A stretch of DNA of 62,393 bases, the filler included, from Chiloscyllium plagiosum (taxonomy: Eukaryota): the NCBI RefSeq assembly GCF_004010195.1. It is 4 parts of one record of this genome, joined end to end, with 100 filler letters (N's around TTAATTAATTAA, not from the genome) between each part and the next. Parts side by side here need not be neighbours in the genome. Positions count along the whole stretch, not along the records: positions 38,635 to 51,651 come from NC_057717.1; 3 more parts are not named here. One strand, written 5' to 3'. Each line of letters begins with the position of its first letter. Position 1 is the stretch's first letter. A program made the position numbers and the translations under genes. This document shows, in pieces, positions 38,635 through 50,992 of the stretch. Under the pieces are notes generated by a model that was given only the letters and a program-made list of their open reading frames with translations, was not told the DNA's origin and made no database searches.

Positions 38635-39620
38635 GCAGTTCTACCAACCTGGGTGGAAACTTTCAGGGATCTATGTACAATGGAACCGAGATCTCTCTGC
38701 TTCACCACACTACCAATATTCGTACAATTCGATCAGTGCTCTTTTTTCTTCCTGTTGCTCGTCCACAGTGAATCTACTGACACTTTTCCATAATTCATCT
38801 TTTCCACTACGATCATTGACTGGCCATAAACTTTTCTCATCATTATCTTATTCCTCATATAGCTATAGATATTTATAGGGTTTTCCTTGAACCGATCTGT
38901 TAACGATTTCTCATTTGCACTCCTGGCTCTTCTGTGGTGTCTCTTTCAGTCTTTCCTCGTTAACTTGTAACTGATGAAGAGCTATTGACCGAAACGTCCA
39001 TTCTCCTGTTCCTCAAATGCTTCCTGTCCTGCTGTTCTTTTTCACCATGCTCTTTACCGTGATCTCCGGAAACTGCAGTCCTCTATTTATTCAAACTTGT
39101 AACTCTCAAGCGCCCTATTTGAGCCTTCACGTCTCATCTCAACGTGTGCGTTCGTCTTCATCTTGACAAGAGATTCAACTTGTCTCGTAAACCACGGCTC
39201 CCACGCTGGACTCCTTCCTCCCTGCCTATCAGGTGTGTACTTATCAAGGGCACACAGTAGCACTTCCTTGAATAAGCTCCACATTTTAACTATGCCCATT
39301 CCCAGCAGTTTCCTTCCCCTCGCTATGCATTCTAAATTTTCTATTCACATCATAATTGCCTTACCCCCAAAACACCACTTGCCCTGTGTTTTAACCTATT
39401 CCTTTCCATCGCTAAAGTAAACATAATCGATTCGCTGTCATTATCACCAAAGTGATCACCGACCTCCAAGTCGGCCAGTTTCATTACCCAGTACCAAATC
39501 CAATGTGGCTTCGGCCCGTGTTTGCTTGTCTCCATATTGCAATGGGAATACATCCAGCACACATTGGACAAAAACTGACCCATCTAAAGTACTCGAACTA
39601 TAGTATTTCCAGTCAATAAT
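38635..39620 (-). mobile_element. CR1 LINE fragments (endonuclease end and linker, plus a joined RT piece)
   Basis: Minus frames give EATLDLVLGNE, DHFGDNDSESIMF, and WSLFKEVLL...EPWFTRQVESLVKMK. Confidence 0.8.
38971..39093 (+). mobile_element. Short Penelope pLTR-derived insertion with 11-bp flanking direct repeat
   Basis: Starts CTGATGA A GAGCTATTGACC GAAAC GTC. AACTTGTAACT occurs at 38962-38972 and 39094-39104, and the host CR1 is continuous once the insert is removed. Confidence 0.8.
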
Positions 39621-41549
39621 TGGAAAGAAAAATTGCTGAAACAAATGTTGAGCTATTTAACACATATATTGTATACTTAGGAATTCCTCCAATGCAGGAA
39701 GAACCCTTTAAGAATCAGACTCCGAAAATTGTCCATATTTCTGGTATTGAGCACACGAGAGGCTAAGCTTATTGTCTTCTTTCCATGGGTGAGATCAGTA
39801 GGACTCAAAGGGGGGAATATTGAAAAGAAAGAACATGAAAGCATGGGAAGGGTTAAAGCATGAAGACCACTGGCATCTGTATTCTGTGGAGGGCAGGGGC
39901 AGGATGCGATAACCATAGTGGAACATTCTTACACCAATTAGCAGAATAAGCTTAAGGCTGAAAGGCCACTATGGCAAGATGAGATAACACAAGCATGTTC
40001 CTCTGTTAAGTGTTATTATGACAGTATTGTTTTTTTTTGAACTTCGGTTGGAATAAGTTGGCAGACGAGCTCGTGATGGATGGTATAATTCCAATCGGGT
40101 AAATAGACAAGTTCCTTTCGCTCAGGTGGGGCATTGCAGAACTAGAGGGCATAAATCTGGTGTGGGAGGGTGAGAATTTGAAAGGCAGTGAGGGGCAACG
40201 GCTTCATCCAGAGGGTGGTGGGTTTCTGGAATAAGTTGCCTGACGAGCTGGTGATGGATAGTTTAATTCCAATCGGGTAACTAGACAAGTTCCTTTCGCT
40301 CAGGTGGGGCAGTGCAGAACCAGAGGGTATAAATCTGGTGTGGGAGGGTGAGAATTCGAAAGGTAGTGAGGGGCAACGGCTGCACGCAGAGGGTGGTGCG
40401 TTTCTGGAATAAGTTGCCAGAATGGTATAATCCCAATACTTTTAAGGAATCCGAACGCGTATTTGAATAGGAAGGGTTTAGAGAGACATGGGACAAGTGC
40501 ATGCAATCGCGGCTGGATCAGTTGAGGACATCTGTTCGGAATGGACGCGTTCAACCGAAGACTGTGTTTTCAGGGCTGTTCATATCTAATGGCTCTATGT
40601 TAGTGCAGGGGAAATGATAAATACAGATAAAGAAAATAAATGAAGTAAAATTGTCTGAAGCTGTTGAATTCAAACAACTGCAGGTAATTGTATTTCAATT
40701 ATTTTATTTATCTTTTTTATTTGAGTTTTTCTCTGTTCTGTACCTCTTATTTCTTGATTGTCTCTCTTTCTCTCGCTCCCCACTCTCTCAATACCTTTTC
40801 CCTCTCCTCTTCCCGCTTTACTACCCTTCTCCCCTGTTTTCCATTTTGTCTCTGCTTCACCCATCCCCCACATATTTTGTCACATAGCACTGGCTTCAGC
40901 CTGGGTCATTCACGGCTCCTAATCTCCCTTTAATCTCTCCATGCACTGTCATTATCACCTTTGCATCTGGGGCCTTGACTCACCCTCTCTCAGCCTGGTA
41001 AAAATAGCTCCCGAATTCTCCCTCTTTTTAAAAATCTTTAACAAAGGGTCAGTTAGACTCGAAACGTCAGCTCTTTTCTCTCCTTGCAGATGGTGCCAGA
41101 CCTGCTGAGATTTTCCAGCATTTTCTCTTGTGGTTTCAGATTCCAGCATCCGCAGTAGTTTGCTTTTATTGATGGCTCTATGTTTTTGCCAGTGATATGA
41201 TAACTCCAGTGTCGATGCATGAGAGGTGAGCAAGCGAATGAATTCCCTCTGGAAGTCGTGTGACAAGTATTAACAGAGATCCAAGAAAATAACATGAACG
41301 AACCTTTGATTTGAATTGAAGCCTGAACTCTGGTTCTCCTCCAAAACTGTGCCAGGCCTGCTTAATGCTGCATATATTTCATGTTTTGCATTTGTTTGTG
41401 AAAACAATTGAGACTGATTGATTTGCTGGTTGATGTTCCATGACAGCGATGGTCGGCTTTCGAATGAATACACATCTCAACCGATCATGTGACAAGTTCT
41501 TGCAGACGGTGAAAGTAAAAGCAACGACCATCGCGGACATAGCCCCGCT

Positions 41550-41553
41550 AAAA
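41550..41553 (-). terminator. Pol III terminator (T4) of tRNA-Ile copy 1
   Basis: AAAA on + (TTTT on -); retained in units 2 and 3, lost in unit 4. Confidence 0.6.
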
Positions 41554-41570
41554 CACATTAGCGCGTCACA

Positions 41571-41644
41571 TGGTCAGTGTGGGGATTGAACCCACGACCT
41601 TGGTGTTATTAGCACCAAGCTCTAACCAGCTGAGCTAACCGACC
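41571..41644 (-). tRNA. tRNA-Ile (anticodon AAT), structurally intact
   Basis: GGTCGGT TA GCTC AGCTGGTTA GAGC T TGGTG CTAATAA CACCA AGGTC GTGGG TTCAATC CCCAC ACTGACC A. All four stems pair, the A and B boxes are present, and TTTT lies 17 nt downstream. Confidence 0.9.
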
Positions 41645-43842
41645 AATACAGCCACCGCCGCGAAAGGAAATGCCTATATTGCCGGTGCTCACAACCACGG
41701 CGGCAGTTCATTTTTTGCTTCATCTCGATCGCACCATATTCTGAAGTATTTCATTTCGTTGCAAAGCTTTTCAACCAAAAAAAGCATTTACTTTTCCGAA
41801 CGCCCATACTCGAGTTAACCATTTGCTCTGATATCCAAAATTAAGCACAATGTCCGGACGCATGCAATTTCAATCGCAATGCCACCAGCTCAGCTGCAGC
41901 TTGTCATGTTGACAAATATCGTTTGGAGAAACGTCCCTTCACCGATCGCTCACTGTTCTTCTGGATACTCACAGACCTTTGGAGTCAGGGTTATGTGCTG
42001 CTGATAAACTGCTAAGAACCTTATGCCAAATGCATTTGAATTGCAATCTAACAGTGGGATTCTTTCTGCTCCCGAACGACGCAGTTGCTTTGGTGTCAGC
42101 AACAGCTCAGAACTCAATTGCACGTTTTGCTCAATGACTCATGTTGCTTATGCAATCTTCGTTTGTCAGCATATTTAGCAAGTTATCACGCCTTCCTGCA
42201 GCGTTTGTCAGCGACAGGTCAGCTGATAAGATGATTGCTTCAGACAGCATGCTACATCCTACATTTGAAAATGGAAAAGGTGCAAACGTTTACAGGCTGA
42301 ACACTCTCTCACTATTTTGCCTGGCGCTTCAGAGGCTGGGAGCTGATCTTACGGAAGTTTTTCCAATCATGAGGGGCATGAATCGGGTAAATAGACAAAT
42401 TCCTTTCGCTCATGTGGTGCAGTGTAGAACTAGAGGGTCTAAATCTGGTGTGGGAGGGTGAGAATTCGAAAGGCAGTGAGCGGCAACGGCTTCACCCAGA
42501 GGCTGGTGCGTTTCTGGAATAAGTTGCCAGACGAGCTGGTGATGGATGGTATAATTCCAATCGGGTAACTAGACAAGTTCCTTTCGCTCAGGTGGGGCAG
42601 TGCAGAACCAGAGGGTATAAATCTGTTGTGGGAGGGTGAGAATTCGAAAGGCAGTGAGGGGCAACGGCTGTACGCAGAGCATGGTGCGTTTCTGGAATAA
42701 GTTGCCAGACGAGCTGGTGATGGATGGTATAATTCCAATACATTTAAGGAATCTGGACGTGTATTTGAATAGGAAGGGTTAAGAGAGTCATGGGACAAGT
42801 GCATGCAATCGCGGCTGGATCAGTTGAGGATATCTGTTCGGAATGGACGCATTGGACCGAAGACTGTGTTTTCAGTGCTGTTCATATCTAATGGCTCTAT
42901 GTTAGTGCAGGTGAAGTGATAAAAACAGATAAAGAAAATAAATGAAGTAAAATTGTCTGAAGTTGTTGAATTCAAACAACTTCACGTAATTTTATTTCAA
43001 TTATTTTATTTATCTTTTTTATTTGTGTTTAATTTCACTGTTCTGTACATCTTATTTCTTGATTGTCTCTCTTTCTCTCGCTCCCCACTCTCTCAATACC
43101 TTTTTCCTCTCCTCTACCCGCTTTGCTACCCTTCTCTCCTGTTTTCCATTTTGTCTCTGCTTCACCCAACCCCCACATATTTTGTCACATAGCACTGGCT
43201 TCGGCCTGGGTCATTCACGGCTCCTCATCACCCTTTAATCTCTCCATGCACTGTCATTATCACCTTTGCATCTGGAGCCTTGACTCACCCTCTCTCAGCC
43301 TGGTATGAATAGCTCCCTAATTCTCCCCCTTTTTTAAAATCTTTAACACAGGGTCAGTTAGACTCGAAACGTCAGCTCTTTTCTCTCCTTGCAGATGGTG
43401 CCAGACCTGCTGAGACTTTCCAGCATTTTCTCTTTTGGTTTCAGATTCCAGCATCCGCAGTAGTTTGCTTTTATAAATGGCTCTATGATATTGCCAGTGA
43501 TATGATAACTCCGGTGTCGATGCATGAGAGGTGAGCAAGCGAATGAATTCCCTCTGGAAGTCGTGTGGCAAGTATTAACAGAGATCCAGGAAAATAACAT
43601 GAAGGAATCTTTGATTTGAATTGAAGCCTGAACTCTGGTTCTCCTCCGAGACTGTGCCAGGCCTGCTTAATGCTGCATATATTTCATAATTTGCATTTGT
43701 TTGTGAAAACAATTGAGACTGAATGATTTGCTGCAGACAACATCCAGCAGTCATCATGGGTACGGCGATCAAGTCGTGCGTCTATCCCTGTCAAATGTTT
43801 CATTGCGCAGGTGAGGCTTCCAGTTTCGTGGAGCACGTTGTT

Positions 43843-43851
43843 NNNNNNNNN
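43843..43851. other. Small gap (9 N), probably hiding ~100 bp
   Basis: The homologous unit 3 has ~100 bp between cacgttgtt and catgtgaca. Confidence 0.85.
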
Positions 43852-43936
43852 CATGTGACAAGTTCTTGCAGACGGTGAAAGTAAAAGCAACGACCATCGC
43901 GGACATAGCCCCGCTAAAACACATTAGCGCGTCACA

Positions 43937-44001
43937 TGGTCAGTGAACCCACGACTTTGGCGTAATTAACACCACGCCCTAACCAGCTGAGCTAACCGGC
44001 C
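43937..44001 (-). pseudogene. tRNA-Ile(AAT) pseudogene
   Basis: A 9-nt deletion removes most of the T-loop/B box and the 3' T-stem; there are also substitutions in the anticodon loop and D stem. Confidence 0.88.
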
Positions 44002-46380
44002 AATACAGCCACCGCCGCGAAAGGAAATGCCTATATTGCTGGTGCTCACAACCACGGTGGCTGTTCATTTTTTGCTTTATCTCGATCGCACGACATTCTG
44101 AAGTATTTCCTTTCGTCGCAAAGCTTTTAAACAAAAAAAGCATTTACTTTTCCGAACTCCCATACTCGAGTTAACCATTTGCTCTGATATCCAAAATTAA
44201 GCACAATGTCCGGACGCATGCAATTTCAATCGTAATGCCACCAGCTCAGCTGCAGCTTGTCATGTTGACAAATATCGTCTGGTGAAACGTCCCTTCACCG
44301 ATCGCTCACTGTTCTTCTGTGTACTCACAGACTTTTGGAGTCAGGGTTATGTGCTGCTGATAAACTGCTACGAACCTTATGCCAAATGCATTTGAATTGC
44401 AATCTAACAGTGGGATTCTTTCTGCTCCCGAACGACGCAGTTGCTTTGGTGTCAGCAACAGCTCAGAACTCAATTGCACGTTTTGCTCAATGACTCATGT
44501 TGCTTATGCAATCTTCGTTTGTCAGCATATTTAGCAAGTTATCACGCCTTCCTGCAGCGTTTGTCAGCGACAGGTCAGCTGATAAGATGATTGCTTCAGA
44601 AAGCATGCTACATCCTACATTTGAAAATGGAAAAGGTGCAAACGTTTACAGGCTGAACACTCTCTCACTATTTTGCCTGGCGCTTCAGAGGCTGGGAGCT
44701 GATCTTACGGAGGTTTTTCCAATCATGAGGGGCATGAATCGGGTAAATAGACAAATTCCTTTCGCTCATGTGGTGCAGTGCAGAACTAGAGGGTCTAAAT
44801 CTGGTGTGGGAGGGTGAGAATTCGAAAGGCAGTGAGCGGCAACGGCTGCATGCAGAGCATGGTGCGTTTCTGGAATAAGTTGCCAGACGAGCTGGTGATG
44901 GATGGTATAATTCCAATCGGGTAAATAGACAAGTTCCTTTCGCTCAGGTGGGGCAGTGCAGAACCAGAGGGTATAAATCTGGGGGGGAGGGTGAGAATTC
45001 GAAAGGCAGTGAGGGCAACGGCTGCACGCAGAGCATGGTGCGTTTCTGGAATACGTTGCCAGACGAGCTGGTGATGGATGGTATAATTCCAATACTTTTA
45101 AGTAATCTGGACGTGTATTTGAATAGGAAGGTTTACAGAGACATGGGTCGAGTGCATGCAATCGCGACTGGATCAGTTGAGGATATCTGTTCGGAATGGC
45201 AAAGTCCCCGACCGAAGACTGTGTTTTCAGTGCTGTTCATATCTAATGGCTCTATGTTAGTGCAGGTGAAATGATAAAAACAGATAAAGAAAATAAATGA
45301 AGTAAAATTGTCTGAAGCTGTTGAATTCAAACAACTCCAGGTAATTTTATTTCAATTATTTTATTTATCTTTTTTATTTGTGTTTAATTTCACTGTTCTG
45401 TACCTCTTAATTCTTGATTGTCTCTCTTTCTCTCGCTCCCCACTCTCTCAATACCTTTTCCTCTTCTCTTCCCGCTTTGCTACCCTTCTCCCCTGTTTTC
45501 CATTTTGTCTCTGCTTCACCCATCCCCCACATATTTTGTCACATAGCACTGGCTTCAGCCTGGGTCATTCACGGCTCCTCATCACCCTTTAATCTCTCCA
45601 TGCACTGTCATTATCACCTTTGCATCTGGAGTCTTGACTCACCTTCTCTCAGCCTTTTATAAATAGCTCCCCAATTCTCCCCCTTTTTTAAACTATTTCA
45701 CAAAGGGTCAGTTAGACTCGAAACGTCAGCTCTTTTCTCTCCTTGCAGATGGTGCCAGACCTGCTGAGACTTTCCAGCATTTTCTCTTTTGGTTTCAGAT
45801 TCCAGCATCCGCAGTAGTTTGCTTTTATAAATGGCTCTACGATATTGCAGGTGATATGATAACTCCAGTGTCGATGCATGAGAGGTCAGCAAGCGAATTA
45901 ATTCACTCTGGAAGTCGTGTGACAAGAAATAACAGAGATCCAGGAAAATAACATGAAGGAATCTTTGATTTGAATTGAAGCCTGAACTCTGGTTCTCCTC
46001 CGAGACTGTGCCAGGCCTGCTTAATGCTGCATATATATCATGTTTTGCATTTGTTTGTGAAAACAATTGAGACTGATTGATTTGCTGCAGACAACATCCA
46101 CCAGTCATCATGGGTACAAGATCAAGTCGTGCGTCTATCCCTGTCAAATGTTTTATTGCGCAGGTGAGGCTTCCAGTTTCGTGGAGCACGTTGTTCAGAA
46201 ATACAGCAACGGAGCTGAGATCCGGCATTTGACCAACGAGTTGATGTTCCATGACAGCGATGGTCGGCTTTCGAATGAATACACATCTCAACCGATCATG
46301 TGACAATTCTTGCAGACGGTGAAAGTAAAAGCAACGACCATCGCGGACATAGCCCCGCTAAAACACATTAGCGCGTCACA

Positions 46381-46453
46381 TGGTCAGTGTGGGGATTGAA
46401 CCACGACCTTGGCGTTATTAGCACCACGCTCTAACCAGCTGAGATAACCGACC
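46381..46453 (-). tRNA. tRNA-Ile(AAT), probably defective
   Basis: Anticodon arm intact, but G10>T in the D stem/A box and a 1-nt deletion in the T-stem G run, which could be a homopolymer error. Confidence 0.7.
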
Positions 46454-47630
46454 CATACAGCGACCGCCGCGAAAGGAAATGCCTATATTGCCGGTGCTCA
46501 CAACCACGGTGGCTGTTCATTTTTTTGCTTCATCTCGATCGCACCATATTCTGAAGTGTTTCCTTTCGTTGCAAAGCTTTTCAACAAAAAAAGCATTTAC
46601 TTTTCCGAACGCCCATACTCGAGTTAACCATTTGCTCTGATATCCAAAATTAAGCACAATGTACGGCCGCATGCAATTTCAATCGCAATGCCACCAGCTC
46701 AGCTGCAGCTTGTCATGTTGACAAATATCGTCTGGAGAAACGTACCTTCAGCGATCGCTCACTGTTCTTCTGGATACTCACAGACCTTTGGAGTCAGGGT
46801 TATGTGCTGCTGATAAACTGCTACGAACCTTATGCCAAATGCATTTGAATTGCAATCTAACAGTGGGATTCTTTCTGCTCCCGAACGACGCAGTTGCTTT
46901 GGTGTCAGCAACAGCTCAGAACTCAATTGCACGTTTTGCTCAATGACTCATGTTGCTTGTGCAAACTTCGTTTGTCAGCATATTTAGCAAGTCATCGCGC
47001 CTTCCTGCAGCGTTTGTCAGCGACAGGTCAGCTGATAAGATGATTGCTTCAGACAGCATGCTACACCCTACATTTGAAAATGGAAAAGGTGCAAACGTTT
47101 ACAGGCTGAATACTCTCTCACTATTTTGCCTGGCGCGTCAGAGGCTGGGAGCTGATCTGGAAGTCGTGTGACAAGTATTAACAGAGATCCAGGAAAATAA
47201 CATGAACGAAACTTTGATTTGAATTGAATCCTGATCTCTTGTTCTCCTCCAAAACTGTGCCAGGCCTGCTTAATACTGCATATATTTCATGTTTTGCATT
47301 TGTTTGTGAAAACCTTTGAGACTGAATGATTTGCCGCAGACAACATCCACCAGTCATCATGGGTAGAGCGATCAAGTCGTGCGTCTATCCCTGTCAAATG
47401 TTTTATTGCGCAGGTGAGGCTTCCAGTTTCCTTGAGCACGTTGTTTCGAAATATAGCAACGGAGCTGAGATCCGGCATGTAACCAACGAGTTGATGTTCC
47501 ATGACAGCCATGGTCGGCTTTCGAATGAATACACATCTCAACCGATCATGTGACAAGTTCTTGCAGACGGTGTAAGTAAAAGTAACGGCAATCCCGGACA
47601 TAGCCCCGCTAACCACATTAGCCCATCACA

Positions 47631-47704
47631 TTGTCGGTGCGGGGATTAAACCCGCGACCTTCGCGTTATTAGCACCACGCTATAACCAGCTGAGCTAACC
47701 GACC
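47631..47704 (-). pseudogene. tRNA-Ile(AAT) pseudogene
   Basis: GGTCGGTTAGCTCAGCTGGTTATAGCGTGGTGCTAATAACGCGAAGGTCGCGGGTTTAATCCCCGCACCGACAA. Mismatches in the D, anticodon and acceptor stems, TTC>TTT in the B box, and no T4 terminator. Confidence 0.82.
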
Positions 47705-49984
47705 TGCATCAGCTGTTTATTGCTTTCTTGCTTTAACATTTTTCAGCTACTTCAACTCCTCTTCGTCGCTGAACTATTCTCGGACACCGACACCCGCCCG
47801 ATCCCTGTAAACGTCTTCATTTATTGTCCCACTCTCTCCCTGCACCCTTTTCCAGCACCTACACACGTTGCTATCTCAGGAACATACTGCAGCATCGACA
47901 CACCTCACTGCCAAAATAACATTCTTCAGCTTATACACCGCTCTCTATTACTGCAATATTCACCAGTATCTAGACATCTTTACTTGCCCTGTAAAACTCT
48001 CCAGCACCTGCACCACTCTATATCCCCGTATCATTCCCTCAGGGCCCACCCTTTTCCATATCACTGTAATATCTCCACACACATACCCCAGCACCGACAA
48101 CCACTGCCTCTCCGGATAACATCCTCGAGAATCTAACCCCCTTCCTCCCCCAGTAAAATCTCCAATCAGTACGACTACAACCTCATCCTGTAAAATTGTC
48201 CAGCACCTTCATCCACTCGATATCTTCGTAACATTCTCCGGCATCTACACCCCTCCTGATCGCTGTCACATTCACCAAGACCCTCAGCACTCCCAACTTA
48301 TGTAACATCTCGGAGCCAGACACTCACGATTCATGTAACATTCGCCAAGACCGGCGCCCCTCCCCATCATTTACGATTGCCAAGCACCGACAGCCTTCCT
48401 TACAACTTTACCATTCTCTGGCACCTATACCACTCCCGATCTCTGTAACATTCTCCAGTACCTACACCCACTACCCATCCCTGTAAGCTTCTCTGGCCCC
48501 TGCAGCCTCACCCTAGCCCTGTAACATTGTACAGCACCTGCACCACTCCTAACCCATGCCACATTCACCAGGACATTCATCACTCACAATCTACGGAACA
48601 TCTCAGTGTCCTGCACCCACTCGCTAGTCATGAAGCAATCGCCAGGACCTACACCCATCCCTATCCGTTTAATAGTGTCCAGCACCTGCAGACCTCCATA
48701 CCGCTTTACCATTCCCTGGAAACTGTATCTCTGCTTCTCCCTGTAACATTCTCCAGTACCTATACCCAATCCCTAAACCATTCTCCGGCAACTGCAGTCG
48801 TCTGTATCCTGTGGTTTTCTCCAACATATATACCCACTGCCTATTCCGGTATATACTCCAGGACCTACACACACTTCGTATCCTTGTGACTTTCTCCAGC
48901 ATCTATAAGCACTTGCACCCATTCCCGATTCCTGTAAATTCGCCAGACCCTACACACGCGCTATCCAAGTAACATTCTGTTACCCTGATACAAACTGTCT
49001 ATTCAAGTAACATTCACCAGCGCCAACAGAATTCCCCATGCCTGTCACTATCTGTACCATCAGCTCTGCTCTCTATCCCTTTATCATTCTCCCTCTCCTT
49101 GTCACATTTTCCAACACTTATACTTACTCTCTGTCCCTGTCACTTTCTCCATCGCCGACATACACACTCTCTTTCTCTGTTACATACTCCACCACCTATC
49201 CCGCTAAGGATGCCTGTAAAATTTGACAGCCCTTCCCTCCACCTGTAATATTCTCCAGCCCCTATATGCTTCCCTACACGTATAACTTACTATAACATCT
49301 GCACAACTCTCTGTCCTGTAACATTCTCCAGCTTCCACATTCCTCCCTTTCCCTAAACATTTCTGCAGCACTTCTGCCCTACCTGTCCTGAAACATTTTC
49401 CAGCATCTACACCCACTCCCGATTCCTATATCATTCCCCAAAACATACACTCATCATTTTCTCTGTGAAATTCTCCCGAACCTCCAACCCTCCCTATCCC
49501 TGTAACATTCCCCAGCACCTAAAGCCTCTGAATCACGATAGTGTTCTCCAGCACCGGCACCCACTCCCTATCCCTGCAATACTCTCGAGCAGCGACACTC
49601 ACACCCTATCCCAGCAACATTCTCCAGCACTGACACCCACTTCCCATCCCTGTCGTTATTCCCTAGCACCTACACGCCTTCCTATCATGTAACAGTCTCG
49701 AGAACCTACGCCCACTCACTATTGCTGTAACACTATTGCTGTAACATTCTCCAGCACCTACTGACACTCCCTATTGCTATACAATTCTTCAGCACCTACA
49801 TACACGCTATATCCCTGTACCTTACTGCATCATCGACACCCTCCTTCTTCCTGTAATATTTTCCAGTATTTGCAGCCATTTCCTCTTCCCAGAATATTTC
49901 CGAAAACCAACCTCTCTCTGTGCAGTAAATGAACAAACATTTTTTGTGTGTTCTGGCTTGCATCATTTTAATTAAAATAATGCC

Positions 49985-50250
49985 AAGATCAACAAGATAC
50001 ATTTATATAGTGTCCTTAACATTGTAAAGTTATTCTATGTGCTTCACAGGGACATAATCGCACAGCAATTGATGCTGAGACAGAGAAGGACCATGAAGAC
50101 TGATCACCAAAGTCTTGATGGAAAGGGCTTCACAGGAAGAACGAGAGGAATCCCAGAGCCTGGATGGCTTCAAGCATAGAGAAGTGGCATTACATTCAGA
50201 GAAGTGAGAAAGGGATACACAATGAGCCAGAATTAAAGGAATGCACCGTT
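49985..50250 (-). mobile_element. L2-like LINE 3' fragment
   Basis: catttatatagtgtcctt...tgcttcacagg resembles the antisense of an L2-type 3' tail. Confidence 0.5.
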
Positions 50251-50399
50251 TTAAGATGGTTGGTGAGGTTGTTGCCCATCCCTAACTGCCATTGAACTGA
50301 GTTGATCACTTCGCCATTTCAGAGGGCAGTTAAGAGTCAACCATGTTATTGTAGGTCTTGGGTCATTTCTGGCCAGACTGGGTCCAAACAAGAAGGCAG

Positions 50400-50640
50400 A
50401 GGTTTAACTTGAGAGGGCAAATATTTAAAAAGGATCTGAAGGGTAACATTTTCATGGAGAGGGTGATGCGTATATGGAATGAGATGCTGGAGGAAGTAGT
50501 AGAGGGGGGGTACGATTACAACATTTGAAAGGCATCCGAATGGGTACATGAATAGGAAGGGTATAGAGGGAAATGGGCCAAACTGGGATGTCTCGTCGGT
50601 ATGGGTGAGTTGGACCGTAGGGTCTGTATAACTCTGTGAC
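50400..50640 (+). mobile_element. CR1 LINE 3' end nested in an older repeat
   Basis: aaaggatctgaagggtaacattttcatggagagggtgatgcgtatatggaatgag...aataggaagggtatagaggg is the CR1 terminus. Confidence 0.75.
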
Positions 50641-50702
50641 AGCAGTTTCCTTCCTTAATGAGCATTAAGTGAACCAGATGGGGGTTTCCAGCAATACTTA
50701 AT

Positions 50703-50992
50703 GGTCGGCACGGTGGTCCAGTGGTTAGCACTGCTGCCTCACCGCACCAGAGACCCGCGTTCAATTCCAGCCTCAGGCGACTGACTGAGTGGAGTTTACA
50801 CATTGTCTGCGTGGGGGTGATCCAATTTCCTGCCACAGTCCAAAAATGTGCAGGTTAGGTGAATTGGCCATGCTAAATTGCCTGTAGGGTTAGGTGCAGG
50901 GGTAAATGTAGGGGAATGGGTCTGGGTGGGGGCGGGTTGGTGTGGACTTTTCGGGCTGAAGGGCCTGTTTCCAAACTGTAAGTAATCTAATC
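50703..50992 (+). mobile_element. HE1-type V-SINE (internally deleted)
   Basis: Colinear with the reverse complement of 8160-8481; ends gtaagtaatctaatc. Confidence 0.88.

Larger units (their letters stand above)
40045..47705. repeat. Tandem array of ~2.45-kb tRNA-Ile-bearing units (3 near-complete, 1 internally deleted)
   Basis: Homologous landmarks at 42141/44497/46950 and tRNAs at 41571/43937/46381/47631. Each full unit has a CR1 3' end with a 179-bp internal duplication, a pLTR-like fragment and unique spacer. Confidence 0.95.

Noticed and set aside
42141..47171. Repeated 106-aa ORF (42141, 44497, truncated 46950) and the 202-aa ORF 45698-46306 as conserved genes
   Set aside because: Conservation simply reflects the recent tandem duplication. 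The ORFs run into CR1 or pLTR-derived sequence and are broken differently between units.
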